Below are positions 40,090-50,956 of a DNA stretch of 64,000 nt, one piece after another. Source of the DNA: Candidatus Eremiobacteria bacterium (GTDB lineage: Bacteria > Vulcanimicrobiota > Vulcanimicrobiia > Vulcanimicrobiales > Vulcanimicrobiaceae); NCBI GenBank assembly GCA_963737065.1, contig CAVTRC010000002.1, positions 288,001 to 352,000 of the forward strand. Direction: 5' to 3'. The notes under the pieces are model-generated. The model saw only the letters and a program-made list of their open reading frames with translations. It had not been told where the DNA came from and made no database searches. The translations under genes were made by a program, and so were the position numbers. Numbering within the stretch: position 1 is the first letter of the stretch; each line of letters starts with the position of its first letter.

Positions 40090-40431
40090 GTGTACGTAGA
40101 TGAAATGTTGAACTGTGTGGATTGCGGCCGGCAGTTCGTATTTAGCGCCGGTGAACAGAAGTTCTACGAGCAAAAAGGCTTCCAGAACAAGCCAAACCGT
40201 TGCCCTGACTGCCGCTCCGCGCGCAAAGCGATGCGCGCGCAAAACGGTGGTGGTAGTAGTGGTGGCGGCATGGGCACGGGCATGGGAGAACGTGGGGGCG
40301 GCCGTCCTCGTGAAATGTTCCAAGCGACATGCAGCAACTGCGGTAACGTCGCTGAAGTACCGTTCAATCCTCGCGGTGACAAGCCAGTATACTGCCGCGA
40401 CTGCTTCCAGTCGCGGCCGTCGTACCGATAA
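40090..40431 (+). CDS. Double zinc-ribbon (CxxC-x17-CxxC) protein with Gly-rich linker
   Basis: CVDC...CPDC and CSNC...CRDC; GAGGAG RBS; GTG start. Confidence 0.92.
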   Translation: MYVDEMLNCVDCGRQFVFSAGEQKFYEQKGFQNKPNRCPDCRSARKAMRAQNGGGSSGGGMGTGMGERGGGRPREMFQATCSNCGNVAEVPFNPRGDKPVYCRDCFQSRPSYR

Positions 40432-40536
40432 TTTCCGCCTGGTGTCGTCAGCGGCGGCCTTGTGTGCCATAGCACACTGCGGCCGTCGCTTCCTAACCAG
40501 ACGAAAATTCTCGGTACGACGATGTTGCGAGTTCGC

Positions 40537-41973
40537 CTAATTGGCGGGCTCTTTTGTTTTTGTGGCGAGGGAAATGCTGATGGCGAGCGCGACGTTGACG
40601 AGGAGCGCGATGAATCCGGCATTGATGCCGAACGGCGCGATACCGCGCGCGGCAAGGAACACTGCGATGGCGATCCCGGCGATCAGCCCTGCCGCTACGC
40701 CCGCCGTCGTGGTTCGACGCCAGAAGAAGCCGAGAAAAAATGCCGGCGCGAATTGCGTCACGCCGTTGTAGTACAGCAAGAGCATATTGACGAGTGTCGT
40801 CTTCAAAGCGATCCAGAGAATGAGTGCCGCTAAGCCGAGGACGGCGACGAGCGCGCGCGTCAGAACGACCCGGCTGCGGTCGGATAACGCGATGGAAAAC
40901 ACGTCGCCTGCGATGTTTTTCGCCAGGATACTTGCCGCGCTGAGCAGCAGCGCCGATGACGGAATCAACGAGCACAGCGCACCGGCCGCGCACACGAACC
41001 CGAGCACCCACGGCGGATAGAAACGCTGCACGACGACGAGAAACGATTGATCGACCGCGGTTTTCATCAGTCCCGGCGCGACCAGCAACGCACCGAATCC
41101 GGCAAAGAAGATCAGCAACATGATCAGTTGGTAGACCGGCAAGAGCATCGCATTACGGCGAAGTACGGATGCATCTTTCGCGCTGTAGACGGCGGCAATC
41201 GATTGCGGTCCCATGAAAAATCCGATGCCGGTCAGGAGCACGGTGGAAACATACCAAAGCGTTCCTTTCGGTGCGGTCGCGCCGCCAAGCGTCAGCATTT
41301 GCGGATGCGCGCGCAGCATCTGATCGAAGATCCGTGCCGGTGAGCCGAAAAACTGCAGCGGAATCGCGATTCCGACGAAAATCAGCGCGCCGATGACGAG
41401 GGCGTCTTTGACGATGCTCGCCCAAGCCGTTCCGCGCAAACCGGTCGCGAAAACGAAGAACACGATCGCGAGGAAGCTGACGATCGCGCCGGCCTGCGCA
41501 TTGATATGTCCGTAGCCCGCAAGCGTGAGAAAGATCTGCAAGCCCGAAAGCTGCAGCGTCACGTACGGTAAGATCGCCACCACGTGGACGGCCGAGGCGA
41601 ATGTGGCGAGCGCTTTGCTGCCGTAGCGCGCCGTGAAGAAATCCGGCGCCGTCAGCAGCCCGTACTGCTTACCGATTTCCCAGATCCGCGGGAGTAAAAA
41701 ATATCCGAGGATGTACCCGACCGTGCCGTACGCCATAATGTAGAACGCCGGCGCGCCGTAGCCGTACGTCCATCCGGCCGCGCCGAGGAACGTGAAGCTC
41801 GTGTAGATCTCGCCCGCGAGCAACACCCAAAGAAACACTGCGCCGAATCCGCGGCCGCCGACGATGTACTCCTGCGGCGACATTGCGACGCGACGCACGC
41901 TGATGAGCGCGAAGAGAATCGTTCCGACGACAATCGTGAAAACGATGCCGAGCGAACCGGCCGCGTTTACCAC
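40537..41973 (-). CDS. Sodium:solute symporter family permease
   Basis: EYIVGGR, AGEIYTSFTFLGAAG, many TM helices; GTG start overlaps the upstream small gene. Confidence 0.92.
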   Translation of the reverse strand: MVNAAGSLGIVFTIVVGTILFALISVRRVAMSPQEYIVGGRGFGAVFLWVLLAGEIYTSFTFLGAAGWTYGYGAPAFYIMAYGTVGYILGYFLLPRIWEIGKQYGLLTAPDFFTARYGSKALATFASAVHVVAILPYVTLQLSGLQIFLTLAGYGHINAQAGAIVSFLAIVFFVFATGLRGTAWASIVKDALVIGALIFVGIAIPLQFFGSPARIFDQMLRAHPQMLTLGGATAPKGTLWYVSTVLLTGIGFFMGPQSIAAVYSAKDASVLRRNAMLLPVYQLIMLLIFFAGFGALLVAPGLMKTAVDQSFLVVVQRFYPPWVLGFVCAAGALCSLIPSSALLLSAASILAKNIAGDVFSIALSDRSRVVLTRALVAVLGLAALILWIALKTTLVNMLLLYYNGVTQFAPAFFLGFFWRRTTTAGVAAGLIAGIAIAVFLAARGIAPFGINAGFIALLVNVALAISISLATKTKEPAN

Positions 41974-42155
41974 CGGCGGTCTACTCGTCCCATTGCCCAC
42001 ACGAACGCCGGCGTCAGCACAACCCAGAACGCAATCCAGGCGAGCAGAAAGGGCAAGCCCAGAATGCGGGGCTCCACGCGATTCACGAACGGCACCGCAA
42101 CCGTCAATGCAACGATCGGAATGCCTGCGAAGAGGAATCGCATCCGTGCTTGCAT
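41967..42155 (-). CDS. DUF3311 small membrane partner of the symporter
   Basis: PFVNRVEPRILGLPFLLAW motif; typical position upstream of an SSS gene. Confidence 0.88.
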   Translation of the reverse strand: MQARMRFLFAGIPIVALTVAVPFVNRVEPRILGLPFLLAWIAFWVVLTPAFVWAMGRVDRRW

Positions 42156-42169
42156 CAGTCTCCCTCATT

Positions 42170-42829
42170 ATGACGGCAAGAAGCGCGTTCCTCGACGAGC
42201 GCGTCCAACGATACATCGTCGAAGCAACCGTCGACGAACATCCCGTGCTGTCGCGGCTGCGCGCTGAGACGGCGCGGATGCCGAACGCCGGGATGCAAAT
42301 CGGCGCCGATCAAGGACGGTTCATGCAGTTTATCGCGCAGACGATCGGCGCGCGCCGTTACGTCGAAATCGGCGTCTTCACGGGATACAGTTCCCTGGCG
42401 CTCGCACTCGCGCTTCCCCCGGACGGTGAAATCCTCGCATGCGACGTTAGCGAGTCGTATACGGCGATTGCACGGCGGTATTGGCGCGAAGCGGGGATCG
42501 AAAACAAGATCGACCTGCGTCTCGCGCCTGCACTGCAAACCCTCGACGAGGCGGTGCGCACGCAGGCGCAGAGCTACGACCTTGCGTTTATCGACGCGGA
42601 CAAGGAAAACGTCGACCCGTACTACGAGCGGTGTCTGCAATTGCTGCGCCCCGGCGGCGTCGTTATGATCGACAACGTCCTGTGGGACGGGCGCGTTGCC
42701 GACGCTTCGAAAAACGACGAAGAGACCGCCGCACTCCGTGCGATCAACGCGAAGGCGTCGCGCGATCCGCGCGTCGACGCGGTCCTGCTTTCGGTCGGCG
42801 ACGGCTTGTTGCTCGCGCGAAAGCGTTGA
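42170..42829 (+). CDS. SAM-dependent O-methyltransferase (caffeoyl-CoA OMT family)
   Basis: EIGVFTGYS, FIDADK, IDNVLW. Confidence 0.94.
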   Translation: MTARSAFLDERVQRYIVEATVDEHPVLSRLRAETARMPNAGMQIGADQGRFMQFIAQTIGARRYVEIGVFTGYSSLALALALPPDGEILACDVSESYTAIARRYWREAGIENKIDLRLAPALQTLDEAVRTQAQSYDLAFIDADKENVDPYYERCLQLLRPGGVVMIDNVLWDGRVADASKNDEETAALRAINAKASRDPRVDAVLLSVGDGLLLARKR

Positions 42830-43609
42830 ACCATCCGGGTCGTTAGTCTCAATTCCAACGGCATTCGTTCGGCCGCGCGTAAGGGACTCTATGCGTGGCT
42901 TGCGACCGTCGATCCGGACGTCATCGCCTTACAAGAAACGAAGTCGCAAGAATACCAATTGCCCTTCGATGCCGAGCATCTCTCGCAATATTTCAGCGTC
43001 TACGCCGATGCGACGATCCGCAGGGGCTATAGCGGCGTGGCACTCTATGCAAGGAAGACGCCCGACGCGACGACGGTCGGCTTCGGCTGGCCGCAGTTCG
43101 ATGCAGAAGGACGATACGTTCAAATTGATTTCGGGAAATTATCGATCGGTTCGGTTTACGTTCCGAGCGGCACGATGGGCATCGAGCGGCAGAAGTGGAA
43201 AGAAAACTTCCTCGACCATTTCGAAGCCTGGTTGAAGCGCAAGCTGCGCGACAGTCGCAGCTATATCCTATGCGGCGATTACAACGTCGCACATCGCCCG
43301 ATCGACGTCAACAATCCGAACGCCGCCGTGCGCATCACCGGCTTTCTTCCGCAAGAACGGGCATGGATGGATCGCGTAATGCAAAGCGGATGGCTCGACG
43401 CGTTGCGTGTCGTGCGCCCCGATGAGCCCAAGATCTATACGTGGTGGTCGAATTTTGCGAAGGCGTTCGAGCGAAACTTGGGATGGCGCATCGACTATCA
43501 CCTCATTACGCCGGACCTGCGGACGTGCGTTCGCTCTGCGGAAGTCTACACTGCTGAGCGTTTTTCCGACCATGCGCCGGTCATCATCGATTACGACGTG
43601 ACGCTCTAG
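42826..43609 (+). CDS. xth: Exodeoxyribonuclease III; the start codon is one base out of frame
   Basis: Frame reads [13 protein letters not shown]...LQETK upstream of the tracked ORF, then GYSGV, GDYN, GWRIDY, SDHAP; the only start (TTG 42826) needs loss of one A. Confidence 0.88.
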
Positions 43610-43653
43610 GGGTCGCGCAGGCCCGTCGCATGCGGGAGGCTTATTCAACACCC

Positions 43654-45963
43654 ATGCGCATCGACGTGGTGGGCGGCGGCCCGGGCGGGCTGTATTTCTC
43701 GATTCTCGCGAAGAGCCGCTTTCCCGAGTGGAACGTGCGATTATTCGAACGCAATAACCCCGACGACACGTTTGGCTGGGGCGTGGTCTTTTCCGATGCA
43801 ACGCTCGACAATCTACGCGCGGCCGACGAACCGTCACACCGTTCGATTACGCAGGCATTTGCCCACTGGGACGATATCGACATCTACTTCAAAGGCCGGG
43901 TGATCCGCTCGGGCGGGCACGGATTCGCGGGGATTGCACGCAAACATCTGCTGCATATTCTGCAAGATCGCGCACGTGAGTTGCACGTCGATCTGCGATT
44001 CAACGAAAACGTCGAGAACGTTGCTCCGCTGCGCGACGAAGCGGATCTGCTCGTTGCTGCCGACGGCGTCAACAGCCGGGTGCGTACCGCGTACGCCGAC
44101 GCGTTCAAACCCGATGTCGACCGCCGCCTTTGCCGGTACGTTTGGCTGGGCACGACGTTGCCGCTTGATGCGTTCACCTTTATCTTTGAAGAGACGCAAT
44201 TCGGCTGGTTCACAGTGCACGCGTACCGCTTCGATGAAGCGAGCAGTACGTTCATCGTCGAGTGTCGCGAGGAAACGTGGCTTGCACTCGGCCTCGACCA
44301 GGCGGGAACTCAAGAAACCATAGCGTTTTGCGAGCGTCTCTTCGCTCAGTATCTCAAGGGCAACCGCCTCATGGCCAACACCGCGCATCTTCGCGGGCGC
44401 GATTGGATCAATTTCCTGCGGATCAGCAACGAACGCTGGATCGACCGTAACGTCGTGTTGCTCGGCGACGCCGCTCATACGGCGCACTTTTCGGTGGGCT
44501 CCGGCACGAAGCTCGCGCTGGAGGATGCCATTGCGCTCGCCGACGTGTTGACCGCGGACGGCGCCTCGGTAGCCGCGCTCGAGCGGTACGAACAATCTCG
44601 CAAAATCGAGGTGCTGAAGCTGCAAAACGCCGCACGCAACTCGACGGAGTGGTTCGAGAACGTCGGCCGCTACGCCGTGCTGCCGCCCGAGCAGTTCGCC
44701 TATAGCTTGCTCACGCGCAGCCAGCGCATCGGTCACGAGAACCTGCGCTTACGCGATAACACCTATGTCGAGCGGATGGAGGGATGGTTCGCAGAGCGGT
44801 CCTTTGCCGAACTTCGAACCGACGGCGAGATGACGCCCGCAGCGCCGGTCCCGCCAATGTTCACTTCATTCCGTTTGCGTAACCTGGTGTTGCGCAACCG
44901 CGTTGTGGTCTCGCCCATGGACATGTACAGCGCGGTCGACGGCATGCCCGGCGATTTTCATCTCGTGCATTTGGGGGCTCGCGCACTCGGGGGCGCGGGT
45001 CTCGTCTTCACCGAGATGACGTGCGTTTCGCGCGAGGGGCGAATCTCTCCGGGCTGTTGCGGCATGTATCTCGCCGCGCATGTCAACGCGTGGAAACGCA
45101 TCGTTTCATTCGTTCATGAATTCAGCGGCGCAAAGATCGCGTTGCAATTGGGTCATTCCGGACCGAAGGGCTCGACGAAGCTCATGTGGGAGGGCATGGA
45201 CGAGCCGCTGGACGACGGAAACTGGAGCGTTTGCGGACCGTCAGCGCAGCCATACGCCGCGCGCAACCAAGTTCCGCGTGAACTCGACCGCGATGAAATG
45301 GCGCTCATTCGCGAGCAGTTCGTGCGCGCGGCGCGCATGGGCACCGAGGCCGGGTTCGACGTGCTCGAACTGCATTGCGCGCACGGATATCTGCTGTCGA
45401 GTTTCATAACGCCGTTACAGAATCGGCGCACCGACGAGTACGGCGGATCGCTCGAGAACCGTTTGCGTTATCCGGTCGAAGTCTTCGCCGCGATGCGAGC
45501 GGTGTGGCCGCGCGAGCGTCCGATGTCCGTCCGGATTTCAGCGACCGACTGGTATGAGGGCGGAATCACGGGCGCAGACTCCGTCGAGATCGCGCGAGCG
45601 TTCAAAGCGGCGGGCGCCGATCTCATCGATGTCTCAACGGGACAGACGCATCCCGATGCAAAACCCGTATACGGACGCATGTTTCAAACGCCGTATGCGG
45701 ATAGAATTCGCAACGAAGTCGGCATCGCGACCATGGCTGTCGGCAATATCACCGACGCCGACCATGTGAACGCCATCATCGCCGCAGGTCGTGCAGATCT
45801 CGTTGCACTCGGTCGCCCGCATCTCGCCGATCCCGCATGGACGCTTCATGCTGCAGCGCAGTTGCACTATACGGATGCTGCGTGGCCAATTCAGTATCTG
45901 CCCGGAAAGTCGCAGCTCGAACGCTTGATCGCGCGCGCCGAGGGCGGAACCAATGCGCTTTGA
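43654..45963 (+). CDS. Anthraniloyl-/salicylyl-CoA monooxygenase-reductase (FAD monooxygenase fused to an OYE domain)
   Basis: [47 protein letters not shown]. Confidence 0.93.
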   Translation: MRIDVVGGGPGGLYFSILAKSRFPEWNVRLFERNNPDDTFGWGVVFSDATLDNLRAADEPSHRSITQAFAHWDDIDIYFKGRVIRSGGHGFAGIARKHLLHILQDRARELHVDLRFNENVENVAPLRDEADLLVAADGVNSRVRTAYADAFKPDVDRRLCRYVWLGTTLPLDAFTFIFEETQFGWFTVHAYRFDEASSTFIVECREETWLALGLDQAGTQETIAFCERLFAQYLKGNRLMANTAHLRGRDWINFLRISNERWIDRNVVLLGDAAHTAHFSVGSGTKLALEDAIALADVLTADGASVAALERYEQSRKIEVLKLQNAARNSTEWFENVGRYAVLPPEQFAYSLLTRSQRIGHENLRLRDNTYVERMEGWFAERSFAELRTDGEMTPAAPVPPMFTSFRLRNLVLRNRVVVSPMDMYSAVDGMPGDFHLVHLGARALGGAGLVFTEMTCVSREGRISPGCCGMYLAAHVNAWKRIVSFVHEFSGAKIALQLGHSGPKGSTKLMWEGMDEPLDDGNWSVCGPSAQPYAARNQVPRELDRDEMALIREQFVRAARMGTEAGFDVLELHCAHGYLLSSFITPLQNRRTDEYGGSLENRLRYPVEVFAAMRAVWPRERPMSVRISATDWYEGGITGADSVEIARAFKAAGADLIDVSTGQTHPDAKPVYGRMFQTPYADRIRNEVGIATMAVGNITDADHVNAIIAAGRADLVALGRPHLADPAWTLHAAAQLHYTDAAWPIQYLPGKSQLERLIARAEGGTNAL

Positions 45964-46705
45964 GCACGCGGCGCTGCTTGAAGGAAAGCACGCTCTGGTC
46001 ACGGGTGGTGCGCGCGGCATCGGGCGCGCCATCGCGGAAGCACTTCTCGCGCATGGCGCGCGGGTCAGCATCATCAGCCGCAACCCTGCCGACGCCCATG
46101 GTGAATTCGCGGCGGCACACGCCGACGTCAGCAACGAAGAACAGGTCCGTCGCGCTTTCACGGTGTGCCGGAAGGCGAACGGCCCGGTCGAAATTCTCGT
46201 CAATAATTCGGGAATTTCCGATTCCGCGCCGCTGGTGCGCACGAGCAAGGCGCTCTTCGACCGCATCGTCGCAACGAATCTTACCGGAACGTTCTTGTGC
46301 ACGCGCGAAGCGGCCCAGGACATGCTTATCAATAAGTGGGGACGGATTTTGAACGTCGCAAGTATTGCGGGACTTTACGGGGCGCCCTACATCTCCGCGT
46401 ACTGCGCGAGTAAACATGGCGTGATCGGATTGACCCGCGCGGTCGCGGCCGAATTTAGCGGAACGGGGATCACCGCCAACGCCCTCTGCCCGGGCTACAC
46501 GGAGACTGCGATGATGCATCAAGCGATCTCGAAGATCGTGCGGTTCACCGGAGCGAGCGAACATGCTGCGCGTGAAACGCTCGCGACGATGAACCCCGAG
46601 GGCCGAATCGCCACCGTCGAAGAAGTCGCGGAAGCATCGCTCGAAATGCTATGCGGGGATAAGAACGGCGTGTCGCTCGTTATACCAGGCGGGTTCGAAA
46701 CGTGA
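45953..46705 (+). CDS. Short-chain dehydrogenase/reductase
   Basis: [17 protein letters not shown]. Confidence 0.93.
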   Translation: MRFEHAALLEGKHALVTGGARGIGRAIAEALLAHGARVSIISRNPADAHGEFAAAHADVSNEEQVRRAFTVCRKANGPVEILVNNSGISDSAPLVRTSKALFDRIVATNLTGTFLCTREAAQDMLINKWGRILNVASIAGLYGAPYISAYCASKHGVIGLTRAVAAEFSGTGITANALCPGYTETAMMHQAISKIVRFTGASEHAARETLATMNPEGRIATVEEVAEASLEMLCGDKNGVSLVIPGGFET

Positions 46706-47151
46706 ACCGCATCGTGAACGTGCAAATTGAAAGCCGGCGTACGTCGTTGGGAATCTTGTTGCTTCGGATCGTCGTCGGGCTTGCGTTCATGGTGCACGGT
46801 TGGCCGAAGATCGAGCATCCCGTGTCGTGGATGGGATCGCAGGCGTTTGCGCCCCCTTGGTTGCAAGCGATCGTGGCCGTCGTGGAGTTCTTTGGCGGCT
46901 TCGCACTCATCGTCGGATTTTTGACGCCGCTTGTCGCGCTTGGAATGTTCTGCGACATGGCGGTTGCGATTCTTCGTGTCCATCTACCGATGGGCGGTCA
47001 TTGGATCGGCGGTCCGGGATCGTTTGAGGTTCCGCTTTTCTATCTCATCGCGATGGTTGCGTTTGTGACGATGGGGCCGGGGCGGTTTTCCGTCGATGCC
47101 GCCCTCGTGCGGCGCACGGCGCATCGCGTGGATCGCTCAGCCGATGGTTGA
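46702..47151 (+). CDS. DoxX family membrane protein
   Basis: LLRIVVG..F..HG..K, EFFGG, GPGRFSVD. Confidence 0.9.
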   Translation: MNRIVNVQIESRRTSLGILLLRIVVGLAFMVHGWPKIEHPVSWMGSQAFAPPWLQAIVAVVEFFGGFALIVGFLTPLVALGMFCDMAVAILRVHLPMGGHWIGGPGSFEVPLFYLIAMVAFVTMGPGRFSVDAALVRRTAHRVDRSADG

Positions 47152-47159
47152 CACACGGT

Positions 47160-48689
47160 CTATGCGCCGTACCAGCGCAGATGTTGCCAGATTTGCTCGA
47201 ACGGCTGTTTTGCACCGGCGCAAAAGTAGATCGGAGATGGCCCTTCCACGATCCACCTCAACGGCTCGGTCGATGTCGAAACGAGATCGCATCGCTCGTA
47301 GTATTGCTTCAAGATATCGATGCGCGTTGCGCCGATGGCGATGAGCGTTTGTCCGTCGTACCCCCGCGTGCCCCACAGCCAATAGGTGTTTTGGCTGCTG
47401 ATTGCTTTCGGCAATCCGTAGCGGGTTCCGAAGAGATCGATTGCTCCGGCGTCGGCATACGTATCCGCATAGATCGCGGTGAGATTGCGCGTGCTCGGCG
47501 GCATCGCGTTGTAGATCTGCGCGACGTCGCGTGCAAGGCGGTCCCAACCGAATTCTTCAGCGTACAGCGGCTGAATCAATCGCGCGGGCGCGCCGTTGCG
47601 CCCGGTTAAGCCGAGCGCTTTGCTGTACGTCAGAAATCCCCGCAGTGGCAAGACGGGTACGGACATCGGCAGTGATGCGAGCGCGACCGCCGCGATTGAA
47701 GCGACTGCCGCCGTCCGCAACCCCAAAGCGGTCCGTTCTACGAGCACGGAACCGATCGCGAAAAGACTGGCATAGATACCGGTCGTGTAATAGCCCTTGG
47801 CCTCCAAGCCGATTGCAACGGCGACGACCAGCACCCAGGCAATACTCAAGAAACGCACGTTACGCAAACGTAAGCTCAGGAACGGGCCGATGAGCCCCGC
47901 TACCCAAATTGGAACCGCAATCGGGTTCGTGTAGAGAATCTGCTCGCCGATAAAAACGATCGTATTCGAAGCAAGATTTCGCGATTCCAAAACGAGCCCG
48001 TTGTTGAAGGGATGACGATGCGCGGCGTCGCCGCTCAGAACTTCGAGAAAGGGAAATCCGTGCTGCAATTGCCAGACGAAATTCGGCAGCACGAGCAGGA
48101 ATGTCAGTACGACGGCGATCGGAAAATACCGCGTAGCAAGCACGCGCCGCTCGTCCGTAAGGAGCAGTCCCGCGAGGAAACATGCGGCGGCCAGACCCAT
48201 CGAGTACTTTCCGTAGAGGCCGAATGCGACAGCGAACGCGAGCGCAATCCAGACGGCGGCCCGTGCGCGAGCGCTCGGGTCGCGCGTCAGTTTGATCGTC
48301 AGCCACGCAACCAGCGTCCACGAAAGACCCTCGCATGACGAGGTCGTAAGGATGTTCCCGAGCGCGAGATACGCCGGCATGAGACCGACGGTGAGCGCCG
48401 TGAGCGCTTGCGCAAACCGTCCGCCGCCAAGCTCGCGCGCAATTGCGACTGCGGCGGCGGTGGTCAGTGCGGCAGCGATGATCGGAAGCGCGCGCAACGC
48501 GAGCAGCGAACTGTCCGCCGGCAGTGCAATCCATGCTGCGAAGGCGACGAGCGGCGGCTGATCGACGTATCCCCACGCGAGATGATGCGCGCACGCGATG
48601 AAATACAGCTCGTCCCGAAAATAGCCGTAACGCCATGCTGTCGCGGCGTGAACGATTAGGGTAATGAAGCCCGCGAACAGCGCGATCAT
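47160..48689 (-). CDS. GT-C fold (family 39/ArnT-like) membrane glycosyltransferase
   Basis: YFRDELYF, WGYVDQPP, GKY; multiple TM helices. Confidence 0.9.
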   Translation of the reverse strand: MIALFAGFITLIVHAATAWRYGYFRDELYFIACAHHLAWGYVDQPPLVAFAAWIALPADSSLLALRALPIIAAALTTAAAVAIARELGGGRFAQALTALTVGLMPAYLALGNILTTSSCEGLSWTLVAWLTIKLTRDPSARARAAVWIALAFAVAFGLYGKYSMGLAAACFLAGLLLTDERRVLATRYFPIAVVLTFLLVLPNFVWQLQHGFPFLEVLSGDAAHRHPFNNGLVLESRNLASNTIVFIGEQILYTNPIAVPIWVAGLIGPFLSLRLRNVRFLSIAWVLVVAVAIGLEAKGYYTTGIYASLFAIGSVLVERTALGLRTAAVASIAAVALASLPMSVPVLPLRGFLTYSKALGLTGRNGAPARLIQPLYAEEFGWDRLARDVAQIYNAMPPSTRNLTAIYADTYADAGAIDLFGTRYGLPKAISSQNTYWLWGTRGYDGQTLIAIGATRIDILKQYYERCDLVSTSTEPLRWIVEGPSPIYFCAGAKQPFEQIWQHLRWYGA

Positions 48690-49699
48690 TGCGCGGTGCG
48701 GCGCGCCGTTCCGATCAGGCTTAGCGCGAAACCGGTAACACCGCACCAAAGCCATGCGCCCAGGGCTTCATTCCAATCCCACCACACGTGGCTCAGCGCG
48801 AGCGTCACGACGAGGTACGTTCCCATATATGCAAGCGGTACGGTGACCGCAAAGAGGCGGTATGCTGCCGGGTTGTCCGGTTGCGGATCTCGGCGGCGTA
48901 CGAAAATATCGGCAACGAGTCCCGCGACGAGAGACTGCAACAACGTCGTGAGCAGCAGCGGACTTTCGTTCGTAAAGGCAGCCGCCGCTGCTGCGTTACC
49001 GAGCACGTAGAAGATCGTGAAGCCGCCGAAAGCCAAGCGGATGCGCGAGGCCGTGTAGAGGGCAAATCCCGTGATCGCCATCGCTTGGAAGATCGCGATC
49101 AGGACACCGATCGAAATCTTATAGTAGCCGATCGCCACGGCAGTGAGGTAATCCGGTGTGGCGCCGTTTTGCGTGGGCGGCGCATTCGTTCTTCCGGCGG
49201 CGGGATCGAACGCGTACGCTGTACCGAAATGGAAGAGCGTTAGCCACGCGACGAGACTCAAGATGAGCGGAAGTTGCGTTCGCAGTGTCGTTGAATTGAC
49301 GCGATCGGCAAGAACCGCGCGGATCGGGCCGGCGGCAAGAAAAAAGATGCCCAACCCCAAGCACTGATGCGTCGGACTCAAGAGTGCGTCGACGCCCTCC
49401 TCGATTCCGAGGAGTTCATGCCAAATGAGATCTCCAACACCCGCAAGGAGGAAGATCGGAATGCCGAGCACCGCGAGGTGATATCCGCGAGGCAACCCGC
49501 CGTTGCGCAGCCGGTACGCGGCAAGCACGATCATCATGGCAAGCATGCCCGAATAAAACACGCCGTGATACGGCGTAAAGAACGACTCGACCGGCACGTG
49601 ACCGTGCGCCCATGCGTCGAGAAAGAAACCGGTTGAAATCCACACGCTGCAAAGCGCGACGGTATAATCGAACGTCAAACTGCGCGGCGTTACCGTCAT
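48686..49699 (-). CDS. Polytopic membrane protein with duplicated D-x3-H...P-x-H motifs
   Basis: DAWAH...FFTPYH and DLIWH...LLSPTH; ATGA overlap with the GT gene. Confidence 0.75.
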   Translation of the reverse strand: MTVTPRSLTFDYTVALCSVWISTGFFLDAWAHGHVPVESFFTPYHGVFYSGMLAMMIVLAAYRLRNGGLPRGYHLAVLGIPIFLLAGVGDLIWHELLGIEEGVDALLSPTHQCLGLGIFFLAAGPIRAVLADRVNSTTLRTQLPLILSLVAWLTLFHFGTAYAFDPAAGRTNAPPTQNGATPDYLTAVAIGYYKISIGVLIAIFQAMAITGFALYTASRIRLAFGGFTIFYVLGNAAAAAAFTNESPLLLTTLLQSLVAGLVADIFVRRRDPQPDNPAAYRLFAVTVPLAYMGTYLVVTLALSHVWWDWNEALGAWLWCGVTGFALSLIGTARRTAQ

Positions 49700-49740
49700 G
49701 CGGCAGGATTTACGCATCATGCGAGCCGACCCTTGTTACG

Positions 49741-50163
49741 ATGTTGCGCACGATGATTGCGGGCGCTGCGCTCGTCGCACTAACGGCGTGTGCGTCGCCG
49801 CCGCCTGCAATGCCGAAGAACGTCACCGCTGTACCGTCGCGCACGGAACGCAATGTCGTACCGATGCGCGCGCCCGGTGCGCTGCCGCTCATCGTGCACA
49901 TCGACTACATGCCGTCGGTAACGCGCGGTCCGCGCGCACGCTTCGCCGGATGGATTTGGGCTAGCAGCAATGTTGCGAGCGTCGAAGTGCGCACGAATCT
50001 GTTCTCCATCGACGCCACGAAAACCGGAGTCGGGACGTTTTCCTTTGACGCCGCGGTCTACGACCTTCCGCCGATCTTCGTTCGCGCGTACCGGCTGCGC
50101 GTCATCGCGCGGACGACCGACGGCGTCGAGGCGGAAGAAGACCTTCCGTTCCGAATCCGATAA
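49741..50163 (+). CDS. Putative lipoprotein
   Basis: Lipobox LTAC after a hydrophobic leader. Confidence 0.7.
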   Translation: MLRTMIAGAALVALTACASPPPAMPKNVTAVPSRTERNVVPMRAPGALPLIVHIDYMPSVTRGPRARFAGWIWASSNVASVEVRTNLFSIDATKTGVGTFSFDAAVYDLPPIFVRAYRLRVIARTTDGVEAEEDLPFRIR

Positions 50164-50166
50164 ATA

Positions 50167-50955
50167 ATGACAAACGCGCACTACGACATTGCAGACCGCG
50201 TCGCGACGCTGACGCTGGACCGGCCGGAACGGAAAAACGCGTTGACGTTCGAACTCTATGCCGAAATGCGCGATTGGTTTCGCGACCTGCGCGCGCGTGA
50301 CGACGTCAAGGCCGTCGTCGTAACCGGCGTGGGCGAAAATTTTTGCTCCGGCGGCGACGTGCGAGAGATCATCGGGCCGCTCACCGAACGCGATCCCGAC
50401 GAACTGCTGCAATTCACGCGAATGACCGGCGATCTCGTCAAGGCGATGCGCGCGGCCCCCCAGCCCGTCCTTTCCGCAATAGACGGAGTGTGCGCGGGTG
50501 CCGGCGCAATCCTCGCGATGGCGTCCGATCTACGTTACGGAACCGCTCGCGCACAGGTCGCCTTCCTTTTCGCGCGCGTCGGCCTTGCCGGCAGTGATAT
50601 GGGCGCGTGTGCGATGCTGCCGCGAATCGTCGGACTCGGCCGTGCGTCGGAGTTGTTGTACACCGGCCGAACGCTCTCGGGCACGCAAGCGCACGAGTGG
50701 GGATTTTTCAACGCGCTATGTGAGCCGGACGATGTATTGCGCGAAGCAAGGTTCGTTGCCGTCGAACTCGCGAACGGACCGACGCTCGCGCACGCAATGA
50801 CCAAACGAATGCTGCACGAGGAGTGGGCGATGCCGCTCGACGATGCGATCGACGCGGAAGCCCGAGCGCAAGCTCGATGCATGCAGACGCGTGATTTTCG
50901 ACGCGCGTATGACGCCTTCGTGGCCAAGCGCAAGCCGGTCTTCGAAGGGAACTAA
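50167..50955 (+). CDS. Enoyl-CoA hydratase/isomerase family protein
   Basis: [31 protein letters not shown]. Confidence 0.93.
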   Translation: MTNAHYDIADRVATLTLDRPERKNALTFELYAEMRDWFRDLRARDDVKAVVVTGVGENFCSGGDVREIIGPLTERDPDELLQFTRMTGDLVKAMRAAPQPVLSAIDGVCAGAGAILAMASDLRYGTARAQVAFLFARVGLAGSDMGACAMLPRIVGLGRASELLYTGRTLSGTQAHEWGFFNALCEPDDVLREARFVAVELANGPTLAHAMTKRMLHEEWAMPLDDAIDAEARAQARCMQTRDFRRAYDAFVAKRKPVFEGN

Positions 50956-50956
50956 A

